A stretch of 64,000 nt of DNA from an uncultured Alphaproteobacteria bacterium (GTDB taxonomy: Bacteria; Pseudomonadota; Alphaproteobacteria; Sphingomonadales; SMXR01), in the NCBI GenBank assembly GCA_937126915.1, contig CAKZLM010000083.1, forward strand, positions 1,185 through 65,184, read 5' to 3'. Below are positions 10,122 through 19,169 of this stretch, piece after piece. The notes under the pieces were generated by a model. The model made no database searches. It saw nothing but the letters and a program-made list of their open reading frames with translations, and had not been told where the DNA came from. The position numbers and the translations under genes were made by a program. How positions within the stretch are numbered: position 1 is the first letter of the stretch; every line of letters starts with the position of its first letter.

Positions 10122-11270
10122 ATGAGGAAAACAACAGCCAAATCGAAACCCGTTTCCCAAGCGCTTTTACCTTGGTATGACCGTCAAGGGCGGCATTTGC
10201 CCTGGCGTACAAAGGCGGGACCTGAAAAGACAGATCAGCTAGCGAACCCTTATCATGTTTGGCTGTCAGAGGTGATGTTGCAACAAACCACGGTGGCAAC
10301 GGTGGGGGCTTATTTTACCAAGTTTATCGAAAAGTGGCCTACAGTGCAGGATCTAGCAAAGGCTGATCAAGAAGAGGTGCTGGCTGAATGGGCAGGGCTG
10401 GGTTATTATGCAAGAGCGCGGAACCTGCATAAATGCGCAGGCGAGGTCGTAACGCGCTTTGATGGCCAGTTTCCTGCCGATGAGGCTTTGTTGAAATCAT
10501 TGCCTGGCATTGGTGATTATACCGCTGCGGCCATTGGGGCTATTGCCTTTTCCCTAGCCACCGCCCCCGTTGATGGCAATATTGAGCGGGTTTTTACCCG
10601 CCTTCATCGCCTGTCAGAGCCATTGCCAAAGGTCAAGGAGAAGGTTAAGGCGTTGCTAAAAGCGACGGTTCCAGATAAACGCAATCATGATTATGTACAG
10701 GCATTAATGGACCTAGGGGCGGGGATTTGCACGCCCACAAAACCCACCTGCTTATTATGTCCTTTGAAGGATATGTGTGATGCTCATGGGGCTGGAGATG
10801 AAGAAAAATATCCGCTTAAAGCGCCTAAGAAAGAAAAGCCACTAAGGCATGCTGTGGCCTATGTTTGGGCTAATGAGACATCTATTTATTTACCTAAACG
10901 GCCGCAAAAAGGTATGCTTGCAGGCATGCGTGAAGTACCCACATCGGAATGGGTAAAAGGTGATATAAGAACAGCTAATCTGGAAAATCTATTTGCGGCC
11001 GGGCCAAAGACCAACGATACCCCCGATAGCGAGATTTTATTCGATCATCACGTAGTTGGGGACTGGCAGATGATTGATGGTCTGGTGCGCCATACCTTCA
11101 CCCATTTTCATTTTGATGTAAAAGTGGTGTTATGCACAGAAAACCCTCTGAAGTTACAAGAAATTACAAGAAATAACGCTGAAAATGACATTTTTAACCT
11201 AAATGAACTAGAAAAATTGGCATTACCCACTGTTATGATGAAAATTATTAAGCACGCCTTGTTAAAATAA
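10122..11270 (+). CDS. mutY: A/G-specific adenine DNA glycosylase
   Basis: 382 aa with HhH-GPD LPGIGDYTAAAI, the Fe-S cluster loop C-x6-C-x2-C-x5-C (CTPTKPTCLLCPLKDMC) and a C-terminal NUDIX-like domain. Confidence 0.9.
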   Translation: MRKTTAKSKPVSQALLPWYDRQGRHLPWRTKAGPEKTDQLANPYHVWLSEVMLQQTTVATVGAYFTKFIEKWPTVQDLAKADQEEVLAEWAGLGYYARARNLHKCAGEVVTRFDGQFPADEALLKSLPGIGDYTAAAIGAIAFSLATAPVDGNIERVFTRLHRLSEPLPKVKEKVKALLKATVPDKRNHDYVQALMDLGAGICTPTKPTCLLCPLKDMCDAHGAGDEEKYPLKAPKKEKPLRHAVAYVWANETSIYLPKRPQKGMLAGMREVPTSEWVKGDIRTANLENLFAAGPKTNDTPDSEILFDHHVVGDWQMIDGLVRHTFTHFHFDVKVVLCTENPLKLQEITRNNAENDIFNLNELEKLALPTVMMKIIKHALLK

Positions 11271-11425
11271 GGGGTGGTTAGTTATATTTGGGTATTAGCT
11301 TATTAATATCATTTGGTAGCAGTCTCTTTTGATGGCGCCTGTCATGGGCAAATGATGCGCTTGTACGATATTGTATTGACGCAGGCCGCTATTGAGTGGG
11401 CCTAAACAGGAGTAGGGCGAGAGCT

Positions 11426-11455
11426 AAAAAAAAGGGGTGTGGTTCCCCACACCCC
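11426..11455 (-). terminator. intrinsic terminator of ccrM
   Basis: A perfect 9-bp stem GGGGTGTGG (11434-11442) / CCACACCCC (11447-11455) has a 4-nt loop. On the minus strand it is followed by T8 (11426-11433). Confidence 0.8.
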
Positions 11456-11548
11456 AAGAAAAGCTACAAAAGGGATAGCAAGCGACCTTTTGCAGCCCCT
11501 CTGACTCCCCATCCCCACAGGTAGCCAGAGAATTCGTTTAACTAATCT

Positions 11549-12781
<1,233 letters not shown>

Positions 12782-12822
12782 TCAAAAGGGTGAGAATTGT
12801 CAATAAAAAATTTTCAATGGAA

Positions 12823-13488
12823 TCAGTAGCTTGTGTCTGAGTCTTCATCTAAAATGCGTTTTATGGGGGCAAAGGATTTGCGATGATGAGGGGTCACACC
12901 CACAAGTCTTAGCGCATTGATATGTTTGGGAACACCATATCCTGCGTTTTTGTCCCAACCATATTCTGGGTGAATTTTTGCCAAATCTGACATGATTTTA
13001 TCGCGAAAATTTTTTGCAATTATACTGGCCGCAGCAATCGATAAGGAGCGACTATCACCCTTGATTAAGCATTTTTTTGGCAAATCAGTGGGTGGTTCGC
13101 GGTTGCCATCAACCAAAATCCCATCGACAGCGACAGGTAAATTTTCCACCGCGCGCACCATCGCCAAAAGCGAGGCCGCAAGGATGTTGGTTTGGTCAAT
13201 TTCCTCTACAGTGGCAATGCCAATGCCTACCTGAGCCTTTTCCATAATGAGAGGGTAAAGGGCATCACGCTTTTTCTTGCTGAGTTTTTTCGAATCATTA
13301 AGACCCTCTGGAAAGTCTCGCGCGTCAAGGATAGCAGCCGCCGCAACCACGGGGCCAGCCCAAGGGCCACGGCCAGCTTCATCAACCCCCGCAATAATAG
13401 AATTGGGGTTATTGAGCTGCTGGCATAATTTGTCTTCCTCAACAAAGTCGGGGCCAGTATCTATGATGATATCTTTAAAAAGCGACAT
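12823..13488 (-). CDS. rnhB: ribonuclease HII
   Basis: It has the motif GVDEAGRGPWAGPV and the typical C-terminus. I trimmed the track ORF (to 13623) back to the ATG at 13488 (MSLFKD...), because the upstream 45 codons overlap a terminator hairpin and look non-coding. Confidence 0.88.
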   Translation of the reverse strand: MSLFKDIIIDTGPDFVEEDKLCQQLNNPNSIIAGVDEAGRGPWAGPVVAAAAILDARDFPEGLNDSKKLSKKKRDALYPLIMEKAQVGIGIATVEEIDQTNILAASLLAMVRAVENLPVAVDGILVDGNREPPTDLPKKCLIKGDSRSLSIAAASIIAKNFRDKIMSDLAKIHPEYGWDKNAGYGVPKHINALRLVGVTPHHRKSFAPIKRILDEDSDTSY

Positions 13489-13513
13489 GACTTTATTGTT
13501 ACCCAACAGGCCA

Positions 13514-13551
13514 TAAAAGAACAAGCCCTCTTCCAGGGGTAAGGAAGAGGG
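13514..13551 (-). terminator. intrinsic terminator just upstream of rnhB
   Basis: On the minus strand a 9-bp stem CCCTCTTCC / GGAAGAGGG (13526-13534 and 13543-13551) with an 8-nt loop is followed by CTTGTTCTTTT. Confidence 0.5.
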
Positions 13552-14093
13552 CGGAGAGAGAGACCTCTGGGGAAGAGATCTTGAGGGGTTCTTTTTTCTA
13601 TTAGGCCGATGGGGTGCGACCAAATAGAAGCATAGGATCTGGTCCGGGAGTGCCTTGAGAGGGTGAGGGGCAGAGGGTAAGCTGCGGCCTCCCGAACCAA
13701 AACTTTAAATCCAAAGCGTTCAATTAATGGAGGGTTATATTTTGCTTAGGGATCACAGACGTGTTGCGGCACATACGGCGGGTGCGGCGATTGCGTCGTG
13801 AAGATGAGTTTGCGGCTGCATATCGGCGGGTTGCCGATTGCCCGCTAAGGGGATAGGTGTACATGGGTCGTCCTTTCTATTTACATCACTCGCTGTCAAA
13901 CGTATTTGGCTCTTACGGCCTTTTTTTACTATCATAAGGTTATACGGTTCTTTGCCGTTTTTTCCTTCGATATATTTTAGATAAGGACGATTTTTCTTAA
14001 AACAAGAGGGCTTGAAGCAATTAATCGCACCCAAATGTCCGTTGGTCGAATTTGGATGCGATTTTACTTTTTACAAAGAAGCGAGGCGGATGA

Positions 14094-14930
14094 TTAGAAC
14101 TTGCCCGCTTCATAATCTTGCACGGCTTCAATAATTTGCTGACGCGTATTCATGACAAAGGGACCATATTTGGCAATGGGTTCTTTGATGGGCTTACCCA
14201 TGATAATAACAAAGCGGCTTGTATCGGCCTTTGATTCGATGGTTAGGTCGCCATCACCTTGCAATTCAGCCATTTTGCCCGCCTGCACAGATTGCCGCGC
14301 ACTGTCTTTTGGGCCTGCTTTAATTTTGCCGTCTAAGACATAAATGAAACCATCCATGTCATCGTCTGGCGTAAAGCTGGTCATCTGCCCCTTTTGCATG
14401 GTGACATCAAGATAAAGCGGTTCAAAATGAGCGGACAAGGCTGGGCTGGTATGACCATCGATGCTGCCTGAGACCAATTTGACGCGAGCACCATCTTTTT
14501 CATAAACAGGCAAATCAGCCGATTGCAGGTCTTGATAACGCGGTTCAGTCATTTTCTTATCTGCGGGTAAATTGATCCATAATTGCAAGCCGCGCATTAA
14601 GCCATCTGTTTGTTCAGGCATTTCTGAATGAATAACACCACGACCTGCGGTCATATATTGCGCGCCACCTGTTTCTAAAAGTCCATTACCACCATGATTA
14701 TCTTCATGGCGCATTTTACCCTCAATCATATAGGTCAGGGTTTCAAAGCCACGGTGGGGGTGGTTCGGGAACCCTGCAATATAATCATTAGGGTTGTCTG
14801 AATAGAATTCATCCAGCATTAAAAAAGGGTCAATCTGATCAAGGCCAGGGCGGCCAATAACGCGCTTTAATTTAACACCGGCCCCGTCTGAGGTTGGCAT
14901 AGAATCCATAATTCTTTTTACGATACGCAT
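14094..14930 (-). CDS. pirin-family protein
   Basis: 278-aa bicupin with the metal-site motif HPHRGFETLTYM and a later ...GRGVIHSE. Confidence 0.9.
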   Translation of the reverse strand: MRIVKRIMDSMPTSDGAGVKLKRVIGRPGLDQIDPFLMLDEFYSDNPNDYIAGFPNHPHRGFETLTYMIEGKMRHEDNHGGNGLLETGGAQYMTAGRGVIHSEMPEQTDGLMRGLQLWINLPADKKMTEPRYQDLQSADLPVYEKDGARVKLVSGSIDGHTSPALSAHFEPLYLDVTMQKGQMTSFTPDDDMDGFIYVLDGKIKAGPKDSARQSVQAGKMAELQGDGDLTIESKADTSRFVIIMGKPIKEPIAKYGPFVMNTRQQIIEAVQDYEAGKF

Positions 14931-14943
14931 GGTTGGTCCTTTT

Positions 14944-15936
14944 CTAAGCAGCTAGTTTTAGATGATCGCGGCCGTGTGGGCTGGTGAGGTCTAATTCTGG
15001 GCCAGCGGGCACGATGGCAGTTGGATTAATCATCGTGTGGCTGCTGTAATAGTGGGTTTTAATATGGTCCATGTGAATGGTGTCTGCAATACCGGGCATT
15101 TGATATATCTCACGCATCCAGCCTGACAAATTGGGAAAGTCTTTGATGCGTTTTAAATTACACTTAAAATGTCCCACATAAACAGGATCAAAGCGAATGA
15201 TGGTGGTGAACAGGCGAATATCTGCCTCTGTTAGGGTGTCACCTAATAGGTATCGTTTGTTGGCAAGGATACTTTCCAGCTTTTCCAATGTTTCAAACAG
15301 TGGATAAAGCGCCTCTTCATACGCCTCCTGAGTTGTGGCAAAGCCTGCTTTATAAACGCCATTATTAACATTGTCATACACCATGGCGTTGATCTCATCA
15401 ATATCAGAGCGCAGATCGCTGGGGTAGAGATCAAGCTTTGGATTAGCGGCAATGTCATTAAAGGCGCTGTTCAGCATGCGAATAATTTCAGCCGATTCGT
15501 TGCTAACAATGGTGTTGGATTTCTTGTCCCATAAAACAGGAACTGTTACACGCCCGTAATAATCTTCATCGGCGGCAAGATATACCTGATACATATACTC
15601 AGCTTGATTAATGGGATCTGAGATCACACCATCGCCTTTCTCAAAGGTCCAGCCTTTATCCAGCATTAATGGGTGAACCACAGAAACGCTGATATGATCT
15701 TCTAGGCCTTTTAAAGCACGTAAAATCATAGTGCGGTTTGCCCACGGACAAGCATGTGAGACATAAAGATGATAACGCCCGCTTTCAGCTTTAAAACCCG
15801 CATCACCGCTGGGGCCTGCAGATCCATCGGTTGTGACCCAATGGCGAAATTGCGATTCGGTGCGCTTAAACCGTCCACCTTCTTTTTTGGTGTCATACCA
15901 TTGATCGTGCCATTTTCCGTCTGCTAAGTATCCCAT
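14944..15936 (-). CDS. yqjG: glutathionyl-hydroquinone reductase (Xi/omega-like GST, YqjG/ECM4 type)
   Basis: 330 aa with GRYHLYVSHACPWANRT (Cys-Pro-Trp-Ala active site) and a C-terminal GST helical domain. Confidence 0.88.
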   Translation of the reverse strand: MGYLADGKWHDQWYDTKKEGGRFKRTESQFRHWVTTDGSAGPSGDAGFKAESGRYHLYVSHACPWANRTMILRALKGLEDHISVSVVHPLMLDKGWTFEKGDGVISDPINQAEYMYQVYLAADEDYYGRVTVPVLWDKKSNTIVSNESAEIIRMLNSAFNDIAANPKLDLYPSDLRSDIDEINAMVYDNVNNGVYKAGFATTQEAYEEALYPLFETLEKLESILANKRYLLGDTLTEADIRLFTTIIRFDPVYVGHFKCNLKRIKDFPNLSGWMREIYQMPGIADTIHMDHIKTHYYSSHTMINPTAIVPAGPELDLTSPHGRDHLKLAA

Positions 15937-16112
15937 GTTGCTATCCCTTTTATCTTTTCTAATCGTCAGGTCTTAAGATCTCATAATATCTACGAAGCAA
16001 ACAGCGAATAAGATTTTATCGCTGCCCTGTTCGCATGCCACAAAGATAATTATCATATTGAGAAACACAAGATAGCGATTATGCAATGCCTTGTTGTGAA
16101 TATTGCAACGAA

Positions 16113-17000
16113 TTAAGATAGGCTGCAGTGTTGGATCAGGCGATCAATCAGCAAACGTACGCTTGATTTCATGTGTCGCTTTTCGGGATACAAAATATAA
16201 AGACCTAATGAGGGAGAGGTGAAATCACCTAAAATTGGCACTAACAGCCCTTGTGCAAGGGCGTCGCTCACAAAAAAGTCGGGAATGCTTAGAATCCCAA
16301 GCCCTGCAATCGCTGCTTGGGTCATTAAATCACCGCTGTCGGACTGCAAGATGGTGGGTACTTTCACAGAAATGTCTTTGCCTTGATGATTATAATGCCA
16401 TTGATTGGGCATGGCGGCGTTGGTGTAGGTAATACATTGATGGCGGCTAAGGTCTTGTGGCTTAAGGGGTTCACCAAATTTCCTTAAATAGTCTGGGCTG
16501 GCCACGGTTAAGATATTGATATCCCTGATACGACGGCCAATCAGGCTGTTGCTGGTTGGGTTTCCAATGCGCACAGCTAGGTCATATCCCTCAGCAGCAA
16601 TATCTGTTAGACGATCCGTGAAATTGGTTTCAAGACTTAGGTCAGGGTTGTTGCGCATGGTTTCAATGAACAACGGAGTTAAAAACATCCGGCTATACGC
16701 CTCAGGCGCGGTTAAGCGGATGGTGCCTTTAATCTCTTGTTTATCCGTTGATAAGCATTCTTTGGCATCTTCTAATTCGGCAACAATGTTTTTAATCCGT
16801 TCATAATATTGATTACCCGCATCGGTGGGGGTAACACCTTTGGTGCTGCGGGTGAATAATTGAACGCCCAAATTGGCTTCTAAGGAAGAAATTCGGCGTG
16901 ATAAGACCGATTTGGTAATATGCACCCGTTTTGCTGCATGGGCCATGTTGCCAGTTTCGACGGTGGCAATAAAGGCGTGGATATTTTCTAATTCACTCAT
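16113..17000 (-). CDS. LysR-family transcriptional regulator
   Basis: 295 aa with an N-terminal winged HTH (AAKRVHITKSVLSRRISSLEANLGVQLF.R) and a LysR substrate-binding domain. Confidence 0.9.
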   Translation of the reverse strand: MSELENIHAFIATVETGNMAHAAKRVHITKSVLSRRISSLEANLGVQLFTRSTKGVTPTDAGNQYYERIKNIVAELEDAKECLSTDKQEIKGTIRLTAPEAYSRMFLTPLFIETMRNNPDLSLETNFTDRLTDIAAEGYDLAVRIGNPTSNSLIGRRIRDINILTVASPDYLRKFGEPLKPQDLSRHQCITYTNAAMPNQWHYNHQGKDISVKVPTILQSDSGDLMTQAAIAGLGILSIPDFFVSDALAQGLLVPILGDFTSPSLGLYILYPEKRHMKSSVRLLIDRLIQHCSLS

Positions 17001-17188
17001 AAATCACCCTATGCAAAGTTTGAGCACACCATATGCTTTTTTTATGCGCAATCGGTTCAAGTTGGTTCTTACCCTTACGCTTACCTTTTGCTTCTATAAC
17101 GTAGGCCCAAAGGACTTTTGATGGTGCCTATTATGCGGGTGATTGTAAAACTTGCAACACAATATGTTATATGACCAAAGAGTTGTTG

Positions 17189-18343
17189 CTAAAAAAGCGA
17201 CAGTTGCTGAGTATCTTGCTGTGGGGGGTCAAACAAATCGCAGCGAAGCGGCTGTTTATCGTTGTTGTTGAAGCCTAACTTTTCGGTTTGCAAGCGAAAA
17301 CGATTGCTAAAAATTTGGGCAAAGGCACCTTCCGGTTTAAAGCGATTGAAAAATGTTGGGTTATTTAATTGACCATGACGCATGTTTCTTAACTGGTTTA
17401 GGACCTTTTCTGTTTTGGCGGGATAGTGGGTGTTTAGCCATTCCGTGAATAGGGCTTTCACCTCGCGCGGTAGACGCAACATGATATAGCGCGCAGTTTC
17501 GGCGCCTGAACATTTAGCGGCGTATAAGATGCGTTCTAGTTCCACATCAGTCAAACCGGGGATGACAGGTGCCATAAACACGCCAGTCGGGATGCCTGCT
17601 TGGTTCAGCTCACGTATGGCATCGAGGCGTTTTCCAGGTGTGGTGGCGCGGGGTTCTAACTTATTGGCCAACTTGCGATCAAGTGTGGTCACTGACACGA
17701 TGACCCGCGCTAAGTTTTTAGCGGCCATACGTGCTAAAATATCCTTATCACGCAGGATCAAATCTGACTTTGTCACAATGGTAACAGGGTGTTGATAACG
17801 GTCCAAAACTTCTAAAATTTGGCGCGTGATCATCAATTTCTTTTCAATCGGTTGATAGGGGTCTGTGTTGCTGCCAAGGGCAATAGGAGCAACGTCATAT
17901 CGAGGATTGCTTAATTCTTTGACAAGGAGACTTGCTGCGTCCTTTTTGACCATGATTTGGGATTCAAAATCTAACCCTGGAGAGAAGCCTAAATATGCGT
18001 GACTGGGCCTTGCAAAGCAATAACTACAGCCATGTTCACAGCCGCGATAAGGATTTATAGAGCGATCGAACGGTATATCAGGTGACTGATTACGGGTCAG
18101 GATTGTTTTGCTGTTATCATTATGTAGTTGGGTTTTAACTTTTGCCGTGTCATCAGTTTGATGATGCCACCCATCATCAAAGCCAGTACGCTGATGGTAT
18201 TCAAAGCGGTTTGTTTGGTTACTGGCAATGCCGCGCCCTTTTAATCGTAACTCAGGACTTGATTGCTTAGTACAATGCTCAAACCCCATTTGTTGGGGAG
18301 GGCGGGTATGGTTAGATGCATCTTCTTTCATGAGCCAAGCCAT
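17189..18343 (-). CDS. radical SAM protein (PA0069-like family)
   Basis: CxxxCxxC motif CEHGCSYCF within a TIM-like core. The exact start is ambiguous (TTG 18346, ATG 18343 or ATG 18331). Confidence 0.8.
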   Translation of the reverse strand: MAWLMKEDASNHTRPPQQMGFEHCTKQSSPELRLKGRGIASNQTNRFEYHQRTGFDDGWHHQTDDTAKVKTQLHNDNSKTILTRNQSPDIPFDRSINPYRGCEHGCSYCFARPSHAYLGFSPGLDFESQIMVKKDAASLLVKELSNPRYDVAPIALGSNTDPYQPIEKKLMITRQILEVLDRYQHPVTIVTKSDLILRDKDILARMAAKNLARVIVSVTTLDRKLANKLEPRATTPGKRLDAIRELNQAGIPTGVFMAPVIPGLTDVELERILYAAKCSGAETARYIMLRLPREVKALFTEWLNTHYPAKTEKVLNQLRNMRHGQLNNPTFFNRFKPEGAFAQIFSNRFRLQTEKLGFNNNDKQPLRCDLFDPPQQDTQQLSLF

Positions 18344-18391
18344 CAAAATGAATCAGGGTTATTCATCTCCCTCTATTCGAGAGAGCAGGGC

Positions 18392-18440
18392 GGGGCACCT
18401 TGCGTTATGATAGGGCATAAGGACGAAGGCAAGGTGCCCC
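18392..18440. repeat. perfect 12-bp inverted repeat (GGGGCACCTTGC / GCAAGGTGCCCC) with a 25-nt spacer
   Basis: Read directly: 18392-18403 and 18429-18440. There is no flanking T-run on either strand, so it does not look like a terminator. Confidence 0.85.
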
Positions 18441-18591
18441 ATAAACCGATGGTCGGTTAGATTAGCGATGTAAGCAGTGAAAGCGGGGACTTAACTGCTT
18501 ACACAAAAAATATAGAACAGCAAAAAGAACAAATCAAGTACAAATTTGTTAAATGTACAAAATAACGTCTAATATATTGTTCTAAATAGAT

Positions 18592-19119
18592 TTATTTTTC
18601 CTGAAGGCGAGGCAGCAATTGAACAAAATTACAGGGTTTGTGACGACTGTCTAATTGTTCGTTGAGAATACCGTCCCAAGCGTCTTTACAGGCGCTGGGT
18701 GAACCTGGGACGGCAAAGAGATAGGTGCCACCCGCAACACCAGCTGTAGCGCGGGATTGGATGGTGCTGGTGCCAATGATTTTATAACTTTGCAGGCGGA
18801 ATATTTCACCAAACCCTGGGATTTCCTTGTCATAGACAGTGTGAAATGCCTCAGGGGTAACGTCACGGCCTGTTACGCCTGTGCCGCCCGTGGCAATCAC
18901 CACGTCAATGCTAGGGTCAGCAATCCATGTTTGCAGTTGGTCAACGATCGTGGACTGATCATCTTTGATGATTTGGCGGTCAGCAAGTTTGTGGCCTGCC
19001 GCCTTTAATCTTGCAACCAAGATATCACCAGAACGATCATTCTCTAACTCACGGGTATCAGAAACTGTCATGATGGCAATGTTTACAGGCACAAAATCAA
19101 GCGTTTCAGTCATCGTCAA
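18592..19119 (-). CDS. moaB: molybdenum cofactor biosynthesis protein B (MoaB/Mog domain)
   Basis: 175 aa with the MoCF-biosynthesis domain, [14 protein letters not shown] motif. Confidence 0.8.
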   Translation of the reverse strand: MTMTETLDFVPVNIAIMTVSDTRELENDRSGDILVARLKAAGHKLADRQIIKDDQSTIVDQLQTWIADPSIDVVIATGGTGVTGRDVTPEAFHTVYDKEIPGFGEIFRLQSYKIIGTSTIQSRATAGVAGGTYLFAVPGSPSACKDAWDGILNEQLDSRHKPCNFVQLLPRLQEK

Positions 19120-19169
19120 AAGTATCCTTGAGATTCTGTTATCATATTGTTTTTATTATTTTATTGGCG

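Noticed and set aside
13489-13623. N-terminal 45 codons of the track ORF for RNase HII.
   Set aside because: The Pro/Ser/Arg-rich sequence covers the 13514-13551 hairpin. The conserved RNase HII sequence begins after the internal ATG at 13488.
13753-14034. The 93-aa minus-strand ORF and the overlapping 79-aa ORF (13461-13700) in the pirin-rnhB gap.
   Set aside because: There is no RBS, the composition is odd, and the second ORF crosses a terminator hairpin and the rnhB start. I treat the region as non-coding (see finding).
13489-14093. I tested whether the structured gap is tmRNA (including the permuted two-piece alphaproteobacterial form), RNase P RNA, SRP RNA or a TPP/cobalamin riboswitch.
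   Set aside because: Neither strand has a GGTTCGA-type T-arm or a CCACCA end. There is no tag ORF ending in ..AA. GGGGTGC, GATCTGG and TGAGAGGG occur in the wrong order for a TPP element. CAAATAG and GGGTGA..GGGTAAG occur in the wrong order for RNase P. There is no B12 box. This needs Infernal to be certain.
18515-18530. GAAC-N8-GAAC upstream of the radical-SAM gene, resembling the alphaproteobacterial LexA box.
   Set aside because: The established box is GTTC-N7-GTTC, and the spacing here is 8.
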